From: Candidatus Latescibacterota bacterium
Lineage (GTDB): Bacteria > Latescibacterota > UBA2968 > GCA-2709665
Direction: 5' to 3'
NCBI GenBank assembly: GCA_963667175.2
Contig: CAXXXF010000007.1
Coordinates: 96,001-160,000 of the forward strand
DNA: 64,000 nt
The notes beneath the pieces are model-generated. The model was not told the origin of the DNA. It saw only the letters and a list, made by a program, of their open reading frames with translations, and searched no databases. Below, piece after piece: positions 1 through 10,279 of this stretch (the first letter of the stretch is position 1; every line of letters begins with the position of its first letter). The position numbers were made by a program, and so were the translations under genes.

Positions 1-375
1 CATCGCCAATCGTCTGAGGCTGAACTCACACGATTCCTTAATCCGACGCCGGACCGCGGACACATCCTTTGCTTCGGGATCGATGCCCTCGTTCGGCTGG
101 ACCTTGGTGGCCACAATCCATTTGTCTCTCCGTCCGCGTAGCGCCTTGCCCGTGAGCACCTCGCTGTGCCCTTCGCCGTAGCTCTCCGCGGAGTCGATCA
201 GGTTGACGCCGAGTTCTTCGCAGCGATGAATCAGTACGATGGACTCCGCATCGTCCGTACCCGTCCACCCGAACGCCGTACCGTCGGCCCGGGCCTGCAT
301 GCCCGAAATCGGAAACGCGCCGAGTCCGATCTCCGAAACCATCAGTCCGGTCTGTCCCAACAAGCGGTATCTCAT
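1..375 (-). CDS. Aldo/keto reductase, N-terminal part (runs off the window)
   Basis: Not in the ORF track. Manual translation from the ATG at 375 gives MRYRLLGQTGLMVSEIGLGAFPISG...GVNLIDSAESYGEGHSE...WIVATKV, the AKR N-terminal motifs. The ATG overlaps the upstream TGA. Confidence 0.9.
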   Translation of the reverse strand, partial: MRYRLLGQTGLMVSEIGLGAFPISGMQARADGTAFGWTGTDDAESIVLIHRCEELGVNLIDSAESYGEGHSEVLTGKALRGRRDKWIVATKVQPNEGIDPEAKDVSAVRRRIKESCEFSLRRLAM

Positions 376-1934
376 CAGGCAAACTCCTCCAGGACCGCCC
401 TCGTTTCACCGCCGGGCGGGATTGAGACGTCCTGCCACGCCGCTCCAGTCTCCCGCCACGACATTGCCGTATCCTCGTCACCGCCGTTGTAGATCCGGAC
501 GTTTCCCGTCGACGGGCCTGCCGGAACGACCAGGGAAACCACCTGCTCCGGCAATCCGGGTTCCCCGTCAGACCGACGGAATTCCACCGCGGGCGTCAAC
601 GCGCCCAGGCGTTCCGCGGCGCCAAGCAACAGGGGCCCGTAACACCCGGTCACCGCTCCGGTACCCCAGTTTCTTCCATGACCGGCCGCCACGGAGCACA
701 CCGCTCCGCCCATGTCCGCGTGCTCCCGTCCGCCCCGCAACACGTGCCGCGCCACCTTCAACTTTCGCGCCGCCTGCCTTAACGCCCGCGACGCGAATGA
801 AACGTCGCCGGTAATCTGATAGGCCAATGTCAGCGCGGCAGTACACGGCTCGCGCGTTGGCTCCAGCCGGCCCATGCCATCCGCCTGCACGCCCCAGTGC
901 AGCATGTCCGCCCGCTTCCCGACGCCGGGAAAGGCCATCCTCGGAATCTCGGGCACCATCAGCACGAGTTCGCCGGCTTCCTCTCCGGGAAACCGCCCGA
1001 CCACTTCCCGGATCCGGCCATCCAAGGTGTCGTCGCCGAATGCGCCGCGGAAGAAGGAAATCGCGGCGGCGCCGGGATCGCAATAGGGGTCGTGAAGCAT
1101 GTCGACGAGCGGCTCGACGACCCGAAACGCCGCTTCGCGAAAGACCTGCTCGCCGGATTGTCGAAACAGATCGCCCAGCGCGTTGACCGCGCCGGAAGCC
1201 AGCAGCACCTCCACGCCCCTGGCCGGATCGCCCGGCATATGGTGGCTCGCGCCGCTCATCCGACGCCGCGATCCGGTGTGCCCGTCGACGCCAAGCGGTT
1301 GGCCGTCCGGACCCCACATCAATGGCAACGGGCCTTCGGGCGCGGCCACGATCATCTCCGCCCGGCGCCGGCCGTACCGCAACGCCCAATCCAGATAACG
1401 CTCCTGATTCGACACGCGGTACGCGGCCAGGGCGATGTGAATGAACCGGAAGTGCTCCGCCAGTTCCACCGCATGCTCCGGATCCCGCCCCACGGTCCGT
1501 GTTCCGATGTGGTACCCGTAGAACCGGTTGCCGTCCCAGTCGAACCAGGCCGGAACCCCCTCCACCCAGTTCCCGATGTGTTCAGCCGCATCGGAAAGCA
1601 GTCCCGCCGCCACCGGGTCCCCGGGAAACAGACCCAGATAGCGCGGGAGAAAGAGCAGAAACGGTTCGGTGCCGTGGTGCGCCTCGGCCTCTGGCTCGTA
1701 TCCGTGCAGGCATTCCCGCCGGACCCAGCCCGCAAGCTGGTCCAGAAGCGTATCGAAATGTTCCGCCACGGCCGGACTGCCCGTCGCCAGAACGTGCGGA
1801 AACCAGGCGAGCGCATAATTGGCTTCGTCCTCGCCGCCGCGATTCCGCCCGGGCGGATCCATGCGGCGGCTCTGCGCCAACCAGGCATCCATCTCCTTCC
1901 GAAGGGCGGCAAAATGAAAGAAACAGGCCTTCAT
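375..1934 (-). CDS. Hypothetical protein, possibly an alpha/alpha-toroid carbohydrate-active fold
   Basis: 519-aa ORF with helical aromatic-rich segments (AYRVSNQERYLDWA, LAYQITGD); no signal peptide; translationally coupled to the AKR gene. Confidence 0.6.
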   Translation of the reverse strand: MKACFFHFAALRKEMDAWLAQSRRMDPPGRNRGGEDEANYALAWFPHVLATGSPAVAEHFDTLLDQLAGWVRRECLHGYEPEAEAHHGTEPFLLFLPRYLGLFPGDPVAAGLLSDAAEHIGNWVEGVPAWFDWDGNRFYGYHIGTRTVGRDPEHAVELAEHFRFIHIALAAYRVSNQERYLDWALRYGRRRAEMIVAAPEGPLPLMWGPDGQPLGVDGHTGSRRRMSGASHHMPGDPARGVEVLLASGAVNALGDLFRQSGEQVFREAAFRVVEPLVDMLHDPYCDPGAAAISFFRGAFGDDTLDGRIREVVGRFPGEEAGELVLMVPEIPRMAFPGVGKRADMLHWGVQADGMGRLEPTREPCTAALTLAYQITGDVSFASRALRQAARKLKVARHVLRGGREHADMGGAVCSVAAGHGRNWGTGAVTGCYGPLLLGAAERLGALTPAVEFRRSDGEPGLPEQVVSLVVPAGPSTGNVRIYNGGDEDTAMSWRETGAAWQDVSIPPGGETRAVLEEFA

Positions 1935-2071
1935 AAGAGGCCTGCGAGGACGTTTTCAGGAGCAGCGTCGCCTTCCGCGGGCAAGTGAGGATACCCGCCG
2001 CGTCGGCCGCGCGCCGGACCTGCGGCAGGGTGGTTGGGATGTTCCGCGGTCATCCGTCCAAATGTCCTCTG

Positions 2072-3439
2072 TCAGGAGATGCGTTTGAGACCCGAATCGA
2101 ACGCCGACACAATCCGGTCCGCTTCACTCCGGGTCAGGATCAGGGGCGGCGCCAGGAAGAAAATACTCTCCGGGCCTTGCGTCACGTGGCTCATGCGGCC
2201 CACGATCACGCCCTGTTCAAGAATGCCGGCCTGCACCGCCGCGACACGGTCCGGGTCCAGCATGTCTCCATTATCCGCTGCCAGTTCGACGGCGATCATC
2301 AGTCCCTTGCCTCGCACTTCGCCGATGAACGGAGAATCCAGTCGTTCCAGCGCATCCAGAAGGGTTGCGCCAACTTCCGCCGAATTCTCCCAGAGTCGTT
2401 CGGCGGTCAGAATGTCCAGATTCGCCAGGGCCGCCGCACAGCAGACCGGATGCCCGCCATAGGTGGATACCGAGGAGAATTCCCGATGCTCATCCGGTTC
2501 GCCCATGAAGGTTTCAAACACCTCCGGCGTCACCGCACAGGCGCCGAGGGGCAGATATCCACTGGACACCCCTTTCGCCAACGTCATCATGTCCGGAACC
2601 ACACCCCAATGCTCGGAGGCAAACAGCCTGCCGGTCCGGCCGAATCCCGTAATCACTTCGTCGAGGATCAGCAGCACGCCGTATCGGTCGCAGATTTCAC
2701 GAAGGCGCGGCAGGTACCGGTCCGGCGGGACGATCACACCGCCGCCGCCGATGATCGGCTCGGCAATGACCGCCGCAACCGTTGTGGGGTCCTCACGGAC
2801 AATGACCTCTTCAACCTCGTTCGCACACGCCACACCGCCGTCGGGATAGGTCAGTTTGGTCCCGAAGCGGAAGGACCAGGGCGGATTCACGTGCAAAAAG
2901 CCGGGCATCAGCGGCTCGAAACTGGCCCGTCTGGCAACCTGCCCGGTTGCGGACATCGCGCCAAAGGTGAACCCGTGGTAACCCTGGTATCTCGCAATCA
3001 CCTTGAACCGGTTCTCGCCGGGGTATTTCTGCCGGCCATACTGCCTGGCAATCTTCAGTGCGGTCTCGTTCGCTTCGGAGCCGCTGTTGGAAAAGAAGAG
3101 ATGGTTCAGATCACCGGGCAGCAGATCTGCCAGCCTGGATGCCAGCTTCGCCGCGGGCAGATTGACGTGCAGATGGGGATAATACGAAAGCTGCAGCATC
3201 TGTTCGTACACGGCTTTCGCAATCTCCCGGCGGCCGTATCCGACGTTGACGTTCCAGAGTCCCGAATAAGCATCCAGGAACTCCCGGCCCTCCGCGTCCA
3301 CGACCCTGGTTCCCTTTCCCTTGTGGACCACCATCAGGTCCCGGTGCTCCAGAGTCCGATGCTGCATCATCGGATGCCACACGTGCGCGCGGTCCTGCGC
3401 CCGAATCTCTCCAACGTCCAGTTGACGTTCGTCCGCCAT
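2072..3439 (-). CDS. Class III PLP-dependent aminotransferase (omega-amino acid type)
   Basis: SGLWNVNVGYG, FSNSGSEANE, YHG, DEVITGFGRTG, and PDMMTLAKG containing the PLP lysine. Confidence 0.93.
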   Translation of the reverse strand: MADERQLDVGEIRAQDRAHVWHPMMQHRTLEHRDLMVVHKGKGTRVVDAEGREFLDAYSGLWNVNVGYGRREIAKAVYEQMLQLSYYPHLHVNLPAAKLASRLADLLPGDLNHLFFSNSGSEANETALKIARQYGRQKYPGENRFKVIARYQGYHGFTFGAMSATGQVARRASFEPLMPGFLHVNPPWSFRFGTKLTYPDGGVACANEVEEVIVREDPTTVAAVIAEPIIGGGGVIVPPDRYLPRLREICDRYGVLLILDEVITGFGRTGRLFASEHWGVVPDMMTLAKGVSSGYLPLGACAVTPEVFETFMGEPDEHREFSSVSTYGGHPVCCAAALANLDILTAERLWENSAEVGATLLDALERLDSPFIGEVRGKGLMIAVELAADNGDMLDPDRVAAVQAGILEQGVIVGRMSHVTQGPESIFFLAPPLILTRSEADRIVSAFDSGLKRIS

Positions 3440-3472
3440 CGGCTTCTCCCGGTCTCATTGACAACATTCGGC

Positions 3473-3501
3473 TTGACTCCACCCGGTGTGAGATCTACTT
3501 T
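3473..3501 (+). promoter_or_regulatory. sigma70-type promoter for the flavoprotein gene
   Basis: TTGACT-17 nt-TACTTT. Confidence 0.6.
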
Positions 3502-3524
3502 TCAGCGGTTCGTTCAGAAGCACC

Positions 3525-3553
3525 ATCATACGGCATTCAACGGCTGAAGTCAA
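3525..3553 (-). promoter_or_regulatory. sigma70-type promoter for the aminotransferase operon
   Basis: Minus strand TTGACT-17 nt-TATGAT. Confidence 0.65.
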
Positions 3554-3690
3554 GGTCAACCCCGCTTCAAAAGACCCGCGTAAACCTATCGATTCGACCG
3601 CTTCACGGCGCGGGATTGAATCCCGTCGCGAGCGCCCCGCGGTCGACGTCCCGCGGCGATGCCCAGAACGACCGCAGTCCCGGAAACCCC

Positions 3691-4995
3691 ATGGCCACAC
3701 CCGAACACCATACCGTTGTCATCGTGGGCGGCGGCCCTGCCGGGCTGCCGTTGGCCGTCGTACTCGGCGGATGGCATCCGTTCTATCGCGGCGGGGACCT
3801 CTTCCGCAATCGATACGAGCAGGTCGACGGCGCCCTTCGCGGCGAAAGCGGCACACTGCTCGGCCTCGATTTCAGAACCGTGGTGAACGCCGGAATCCGG
3901 CCCGTGGACCTGTTCCGCCTGCTGCACCATCCCGGATTGAAGTTCCGCGGAGAACAGGAGATCGCCCTGCAGTTCCGCCGTCGCGAGCCCGTCGACGTCC
4001 TGCTCATCACCGGGGAAGAGGTCGGCGGCGTGTGGAACAACGTGCCGGAAAACATGCTCACGCTGTCACCCGGACAGTGGATGGAATTCGCCTTCTATCC
4101 TCTCGACCAGCACTGTCGCGAACGAAAGATCAATCTCGACGTCAACGCGCTGATCGCCAAACGTCACCTCCTCGACTACTATCACGCGGTCCCCGGCCGT
4201 TTCGAAGTCACCGACCACGTACGCACGAACGAGCGCGTGACGCGCATCCAACCCCACGACGCCGGTTTTCTGCTTACATCCAGCGCCGTCGGTTCGGAAA
4301 TCCCACGTCGATACACCTGCAAGTACCTCGTCTACGCGGTGGGGCAGCGCTGCATTCTGCGCGAACTCGGCGTACCGGGCGAACACCTCCCTTTCGTGAC
4401 TTCCGGCTACGATCAACCCGAACGCTATCCGGGGGACCGCATTCTTGTCGTGGGAGGCGGCCGATCCGCGGATTGGGCGGCGACCGAACTGCACGACGCC
4501 GGCAAACAGATCCACTACGTGATGCGACAGCCCTTCGACCGTCACTGGCGGCTCATATCGGACAGCCGTTATGGCCTGCCCTACTACGCGCGCATCGCCG
4601 ATATCATGGAAAGCCGGTCTCCCCGGCTGAATACTCATTACGAGACCCGGGTTCTCGGTTTCGAGCAGGCGGATTCCAGCGGCATTGCCACGCTTGGCCG
4701 CAACGGCGCCCGCGAATCGCTGGAAATCGACCACGCCATCCTGGAGATCGGCGGCATCGCGGATTACTCGCTTTTCGAAGGGTTCCCACCCCTTCGTCCG
4801 GTGGACAAATACGATAATTACCGCTTCCAGGTCCACCAACTGCCCACGCATCCCCACAACTACGAGTCCACGACAATACCCAACATGTACCCCGGCGGAT
4901 ACCTGGCCGAGGGCCTGGGCCTCGTGGTGATCGGTATGCACGGCACGACCTACGCCATCGCGGGAGACATCCTGCAGAGAGAAGGACGGTTGTAG
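3691..4995 (+). CDS. FAD/NAD(P)-dependent oxidoreductase, OSGIN-like flavoprotein monooxygenase
   Basis: Two Rossmann motifs (VVIVGGGPAG, LVVGGGRSA) and GGVW..MLTLSPGQWM. ATG at 3691 preferred over the TTG at 3616. Confidence 0.8.
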   Translation: MATPEHHTVVIVGGGPAGLPLAVVLGGWHPFYRGGDLFRNRYEQVDGALRGESGTLLGLDFRTVVNAGIRPVDLFRLLHHPGLKFRGEQEIALQFRRREPVDVLLITGEEVGGVWNNVPENMLTLSPGQWMEFAFYPLDQHCRERKINLDVNALIAKRHLLDYYHAVPGRFEVTDHVRTNERVTRIQPHDAGFLLTSSAVGSEIPRRYTCKYLVYAVGQRCILRELGVPGEHLPFVTSGYDQPERYPGDRILVVGGGRSADWAATELHDAGKQIHYVMRQPFDRHWRLISDSRYGLPYYARIADIMESRSPRLNTHYETRVLGFEQADSSGIATLGRNGARESLEIDHAILEIGGIADYSLFEGFPPLRPVDKYDNYRFQVHQLPTHPHNYESTTIPNMYPGGYLAEGLGLVVIGMHGTTYAIAGDILQREGRL

Positions 4996-5155
4996 TCCAC
5001 TTCCGGACCGGACCGATCGAAGGCGGGACCGGCCCGGCGTCGATCCCCGGCCACGCCTGAAAATATCCGTGGACATTTCACCGTACAACCCTTATTAAAG
5101 AGGGCCGGACAGCGGATCAGACGTCCTGTCCATCTTGATCGCCCGGGAGTCTTTC

Positions 5156-6355
5156 GTGCCCGTCACCATCCGCAACGTCAGAACCATCCTCACCCAGCCT
5201 GCGGGATCGCGCCTGATCGTGGTCAAAGTCCTGACGTCCGAGCCGGGCCTGTACGGCCTCGGATGCGCCACGTTCACCCAGCGTTTCCACGCCGTCCACA
5301 CCGCCCTCGAGAAACACCTGAAACCCTTTCTCATCGGCCGGGACGTAGACCGTATCGAAGACATCTGGCAGATGAATATGGTCAATGGGTACTGGCGCAA
5401 CGGACCCGTACTCAACAACGCGATTTCAGGCGTCGACATCGCCCTGTGGGACATCAAGGGCAAACGCGCCGGCATGCCCGTGTACCAGCTCCTGGGCGGC
5501 AAATGCCGCGAAGCCGCGGCCTGTTACGCGCACGCCGACGGCCTCGACAAGGAGGAAGTCCTGACCAACGTCCTGAAATTCCAGGAACAGGGCTACCAGC
5601 ACATCCGCGTTCAGATGGGGGGTTACGGCGGCAGGACGTCCCGCCTCCGCGGTCCGGATGGCTCGCCGGACGGCGCGTATTATGACCCTCGGGAATACGC
5701 TCGCGGGGTCCTAGACATGATCGGACACGTCCGTGCGAACACCGCCGCGCACCTCGAACTCCTCCACGACGTTCACGAACGCCTCGCGCCGATCGACGCG
5801 GTCCAGTTCGCGAAAGACGCGGAGCCCTTCAAGCTGTTCTTCCTGGAGGACCCGCTGGCGCCGGAAGACCTCGAGTGGTTCCGCAACATCCGCCGGCAAT
5901 GCGCCACGCCCATCGCCATGGGGGAGCTTTTCAACCACCCGCGGGAGTGGACTCCGCTCGTGCAGGACCGGCTGATCGACTTCGTCCGGATGCACATCAG
6001 CCAGATGGGCGGCCTGACGCCCGCCCGAAACGTCGCAATTCTTGCGAACATGTACGGCATTCGCACCGCGTGGCACGGTCCGGGCGACGTTTCGCCGGTC
6101 GGCCACGCCGCGAATCTGCACCTGGATCTATGGGCGCCCAACTTCGGCATCCAGGAGTGGTGCCGATTTGACGAACGCGTGTCCGAAATCTTCCCCGGAA
6201 CCCCCGAAGTCAGAGGCGGCTACATGTACCCCAACGACCGGCCGGGCCTCGGAATTGACGTCGACGAAGAACTCGCCGCCGGTTACCCCTGCCGAGACGA
6301 GATCATCGACTGGACGCAGGCCCGCCTGCCCGACGGCTCGCCCGCCAGGCCCTGA
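5156..6355 (+). CDS. Enolase-superfamily sugar-acid dehydratase (RspA/mannonate dehydratase-like)
   Basis: YWRNGPV, DIALWDIKGK, LLHDVHER, FFLEDP, MGELF, AWHGPGD. GTG start after a GGGAG RBS. Confidence 0.9.
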   Translation: MPVTIRNVRTILTQPAGSRLIVVKVLTSEPGLYGLGCATFTQRFHAVHTALEKHLKPFLIGRDVDRIEDIWQMNMVNGYWRNGPVLNNAISGVDIALWDIKGKRAGMPVYQLLGGKCREAAACYAHADGLDKEEVLTNVLKFQEQGYQHIRVQMGGYGGRTSRLRGPDGSPDGAYYDPREYARGVLDMIGHVRANTAAHLELLHDVHERLAPIDAVQFAKDAEPFKLFFLEDPLAPEDLEWFRNIRRQCATPIAMGELFNHPREWTPLVQDRLIDFVRMHISQMGGLTPARNVAILANMYGIRTAWHGPGDVSPVGHAANLHLDLWAPNFGIQEWCRFDERVSEIFPGTPEVRGGYMYPNDRPGLGIDVDEELAAGYPCRDEIIDWTQARLPDGSPARP

Positions 6356-6449
6356 GCGACATGCGGTTCTGTCCATCCATGCCAGGTATATATACGTACC
6401 ACTGCATCAAGCCAAATCCACGAGGTAAACCCAACCAGGGAGGAACCGA

Positions 6450-7319
6450 ATGCTCAATATAGGAATCGTCGGCGCGGAGAACAGCCACACCGTCGCCATC
6501 TCGAAAACGCTGAACATCGACAAAAAAGTACCGGGCTGCCGCGTCACCCACGTCTGGGGTGAAGCCGCCCGGTACGCCAAAGACGCCCAGGATCGGGGAC
6601 AGATTCCGAATATCGTCGAGAGCCCCGAAGATATGATCGGTCACGTGGACGCCGCGTGCGTGGACCACCGCGACGCGAAATACCACCTGCCCGCGGTCTG
6701 GCCGCTCATAGAGGCCGGAATTCCCGTCTTTGTCGACAAACCGTTCTGCTACCGCGTCTCGGAGGGCAGGCGATTCCTCGATCGTGCGGCGGAGCTCGGG
6801 GTCCCGGTCTGCTCCTTTTCGGTGCTGCCCAGACAAGCGTCCTTCAGTCAGCTCAAGCAGGACATCGCCGGGCTGGGTCGGGTTGTCTCCGTGATCACAA
6901 CCGGCCCGTGCGACGTCGAATCCGAGTGGGGCGGCGTCTTCTTCTACGGCATCCACCAGGTGGATATGGCCGTGCGCCTGCTCGACAACGACGTCACCCA
7001 TGCACAGGTCAACCTGGGTGACAAGAACCATACCGGCACTTTGTATTCGTCCAGCGGCGCCGTCTCCACGCTCAATCTCTTCACCGAGGGACACAGCGCC
7101 TTCCATGTGTCGGTCATCTGCGAAAAGGGGCGGGGCGACCGTGCGATCGGGTACGACGAAAACCCATACCTCGGCGGCGCAGAGGCCTTCTGCGACATGT
7201 TCAAGACCGGGGTTACCGACGAGACGCGCGAATCGATGCTCATGCCGGTTGCCGTCCTGGAAGCGCTGGAGAGATCCATCGGGGAGAAAAAGAAAATCGC
7301 GGTGCCGTCCATCGGGTAG
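6450..7319 (+). CDS. Gfo/Idh/MocA-family oxidoreductase
   Basis: IGIVGAENSH, PVFVDKP, FYGIHQVD; GGAGG RBS. Confidence 0.85.
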   Translation: MLNIGIVGAENSHTVAISKTLNIDKKVPGCRVTHVWGEAARYAKDAQDRGQIPNIVESPEDMIGHVDAACVDHRDAKYHLPAVWPLIEAGIPVFVDKPFCYRVSEGRRFLDRAAELGVPVCSFSVLPRQASFSQLKQDIAGLGRVVSVITTGPCDVESEWGGVFFYGIHQVDMAVRLLDNDVTHAQVNLGDKNHTGTLYSSSGAVSTLNLFTEGHSAFHVSVICEKGRGDRAIGYDENPYLGGAEAFCDMFKTGVTDETRESMLMPVAVLEALERSIGEKKKIAVPSIG

Positions 7320-7398
7320 CGACACGCGGGCGGGACCCGTCGTGAAACACCCGAACGCAATCTGCGTGCGGGTCCAGTCCCCCGGTCATGGAATGGAT

Positions 7399-8442
7399 TC
7401 AGCTGCCGATGGCTTCGCTCAACACCCTCAGGTGGTTCTCGCCGAGGATCTTTCGTACATCGACCTCCGAATAACCCCTCGCCAGCAGTCCCTCGGTAAT
7501 TCGGGAAAATGACGTCGCGTCGTCCAGCAGCGTGCCGCCGCCGTCGAAATCCGAACCGATGCCCACGTGGTCCACGCCCGCCAGCTGTACGGTATGGTCC
7601 ACGTGGTCGAGGAGGCGCGGCAGCGTGGGCCTTGTCGAATCCACGAAACGCGGCACGAACGTCACGCCCATCGACCCGCCGTTCTTCGCCAGCGCCCTGA
7701 TCTGTTCGTTGCTCAGGTTTCTCGGGTGGTCGCACAACGCCTTGCAGTTGCTGTGCGAAGCGATCACCGGGTTTCGTGCCACCTCCATCACGTCCCAGAA
7801 CCCGGCCTCGCTGACGTGGGAGACGTCCACCAGCATGCCGAGGGCGTTCATCTGCTCCACGAGACGCACGCCGAAGCGGGTCAGTCCGCCGCGGGTGCGC
7901 GCCTCGGCATTTCCGTCCGCGGCCAGACTGCTGACATCGTGCGTCAGGCCGATCGAACGGACGCCGATCCGGTGCAGCATGCGCAGCACGTTCACGCTTC
8001 CCTCCACCCCGTCGCTGTTCTCGATCGCCAGCACGACCGCCAGTTTGCCTTCCTGTTTTGCGCGCACAATGTCTCCGGCGGATTTCGCCAGGACCACGTC
8101 GCCTCCGTGCGCATCCAGTTCGGAGTCGAAGAATCCAACGGCGTCGAGCGCGTAGGTCAGATGGTTCTTGACTGCCAGGGTGACGTCGACCGCAAAAAAG
8201 GCAGCGTCCAGCCCCCCCTCGCGCATCTTGACGAAATCGATCTGAACCGGTGCTTCCATGGCCTCCCGATCCAGACGGCCTCTGAAATAGGCGACGGTTC
8301 CGTTCCGGCGATCCCCGTCCGTTGGCGGATTGCCCGAAAACCCCAGATTCCCCCGGCGAATGTGATTGACAATCGCGTCGTTGTGTGAATCGATCACCAG
8401 TGCGTCCCGATGAAATGGGACCGCATCGCTCCCGTCAGCCAT
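7399..8442 (-). CDS. Membrane dipeptidase family (peptidase M19)
   Basis: IDSHND, AIEN, VDVSH, ASHSN, GIGSDFDG. Confidence 0.92.
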   Translation of the reverse strand: MADGSDAVPFHRDALVIDSHNDAIVNHIRRGNLGFSGNPPTDGDRRNGTVAYFRGRLDREAMEAPVQIDFVKMREGGLDAAFFAVDVTLAVKNHLTYALDAVGFFDSELDAHGGDVVLAKSAGDIVRAKQEGKLAVVLAIENSDGVEGSVNVLRMLHRIGVRSIGLTHDVSSLAADGNAEARTRGGLTRFGVRLVEQMNALGMLVDVSHVSEAGFWDVMEVARNPVIASHSNCKALCDHPRNLSNEQIRALAKNGGSMGVTFVPRFVDSTRPTLPRLLDHVDHTVQLAGVDHVGIGSDFDGGGTLLDDATSFSRITEGLLARGYSEVDVRKILGENHLRVLSEAIGS

Positions 8443-8509
8443 CGAGCGTTCTCCTCTTTAACTCCGGATTCGGTTTCCTGCCGGTAGCCTGACCGCCCCG
8501 TTCATTTCG

Positions 8510-9265
8510 CTATCGCTTCCAGAACGGACTCGCCGCATCGGAAAACGTGACCCGGCCGAAGTCATCCGGCGCGTGGAACTGCGGCTCGGGCGTCCGGCTG
8601 GCGGACCACTGGCTGAACTGCGCGTTGGTTCTGCCGCCCAGCCGGTTCAGGTTCAGGTGCCACACGTCGCCCGGCGCGGGCGGCGTGTTCTTCGCGACGC
8701 CGGCGAAATTCTCGAACGGAATGGCCGCCTCGAGGACCCAGTACGAATCGGTATCCGTGTCGTCGTTCAACGTGCCCGAGATAAACGTCGAAACCTGAAG
8801 TCCCTGCGCCCGCCATCCCGTATCGACGACTTCGCCGGCGCCCCTGGGATTGAACCGGTCCAGAAAGATGCTCAGCACATTCATCTCGATGTTGAAATAG
8901 ACGTGCGGCAGGTCCGGATCCGGCGCCGTAAACACCTCCACGCAGTCGTCGTCGTACACGTCGCTGTTGCGCTCGGTGTGGTCCGCCCAGACGTGGGCGT
9001 CTTCGCAAATGTACGACACGTACAAATGCGTGTCGTCCCAGAGCATCTTTGCCACCGTCTGCTCCTGTTTGCCGTCGCTGTACCACGGGAAGACGAACGC
9101 CCCCACGTCGGGCGCAGCCACCCACGCCGGCTCGTCCAGCCGACCGTCTACCGCAATCGCGGTCCCCGCCCGGTAGATGGTATAGCTAGGCCGACCTCCG
9201 GCAAATGCAGAATCCACCGTCAACAATACCACGACAAACGCGAGACACGCCAGCAGATATTCCAT
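8510..9265 (-). CDS. Secreted carbohydrate-binding family 9-like protein
   Basis: Signal peptide, VDGRLDEPAW, KMLWDDTHLY, DDCVEVF, WVLEAAIPF, FHAPDDFG. Confidence 0.85.
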   Translation of the reverse strand: MEYLLACLAFVVVLLTVDSAFAGGRPSYTIYRAGTAIAVDGRLDEPAWVAAPDVGAFVFPWYSDGKQEQTVAKMLWDDTHLYVSYICEDAHVWADHTERNSDVYDDDCVEVFTAPDPDLPHVYFNIEMNVLSIFLDRFNPRGAGEVVDTGWRAQGLQVSTFISGTLNDDTDTDSYWVLEAAIPFENFAGVAKNTPPAPGDVWHLNLNRLGGRTNAQFSQWSASRTPEPQFHAPDDFGRVTFSDAASPFWKR

Positions 9266-9289
9266 TGACCGACCTCCTGTTATGGAAGC

Positions 9290-10072
9290 TCATTTTGAAG
9301 CCGTTTTCTCACACAACACGCGAAGAAACGCGGCATCCGCCATCAGCGCGGCCTCGGGGTCGTCGTCCCTGACGAACTCGACCTCCAGAAATCCGTCGAA
9401 ACCCGCCGCCGAGAGTTCCCCGACGACCGCGGGATAGTCCACGTAACCCGCCGAGATCAGGCTGCGTGCGTTCCGTCCGGGAGCGGTATAGTTCTGCGCG
9501 TGCACCGTGGCCACCCGAGGCCCGACCTGCCGCGCCATCGAGATCACCCGATCGGCGCTGTCCGTAACCATCGGTTGGAAATTCAGCAGAAAATTGGGCC
9601 GGTCCACGCCTTCGACCAGGCGCAGGCTGCCCCAGGTCGTGTCGGACAGGTACCCCAGATGCATCTCCACGGCCAGACGCATCCCCCAATCCGCCGCCCT
9701 GTCTGCGAAATGGCGGAATCCCCGGATCGCCGTCCGCCAGTCCTCATCCGTCGCTTCCGCCGAGCCGCAGGACCCGGCCCACACACGAATTGTTTCCGTC
9801 CCCAGATCCGATGCGGTGTCCAACCCTTCCGACATCTCACGCGCAAAATCCACGGCGACCGGATTGACGTAGGACCCGTATTGCGACACCTCCAGCCCTC
9901 TCCCCCGAATCGCCGCGGCAATGCGCCGGTTGGCCAACGCGCGATAGCTGCCGGGCATGTGGTCCGGCTTTCCCCACGGTTCGACGCCGTCGAAACCGGC
10001 CCGGACCGCGAGATCCAGGACGTCTTCGAACGGCCTGTCTTTAAAGGCAATGGTACACAGTGCAGTCTTCAT
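9290..10072 (-). CDS. Sugar phosphate isomerase/epimerase (xylose-isomerase-like TIM barrel)
   Basis: GFDGVEPW, IRVWAG, AVEMH, FDGFLEVEF. Confidence 0.85.
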   Translation of the reverse strand: MKTALCTIAFKDRPFEDVLDLAVRAGFDGVEPWGKPDHMPGSYRALANRRIAAAIRGRGLEVSQYGSYVNPVAVDFAREMSEGLDTASDLGTETIRVWAGSCGSAEATDEDWRTAIRGFRHFADRAADWGMRLAVEMHLGYLSDTTWGSLRLVEGVDRPNFLLNFQPMVTDSADRVISMARQVGPRVATVHAQNYTAPGRNARSLISAGYVDYPAVVGELSAAGFDGFLEVEFVRDDDPEAALMADAAFLRVLCEKTASK

Positions 10073-10098
10073 TGTCGGCCCTCCACCGAAATCGGACT

Positions 10099-10127
10099 AT
10101 AATACCCCGGCCGCCGACCGATGTCAA
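10099..10127 (-). promoter_or_regulatory. sigma70-type promoter
   Basis: Minus strand TTGACA-17 nt-TATTAT. Confidence 0.7.
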
Positions 10128-10279
10128 TCCGAATGGAAGTCTCCCGATGCCGGTTGCCGGTTCCGGTGGAGGCGAAGATTCGTCCGCCGCGTTCGCGGAC
10201 GTTCCTTCACCCCGGGCGGGGAACAAAGGACCGCGGAAGTGCCCGCGAGACACCGGGCCTATGTAAATTCACGATCCTG

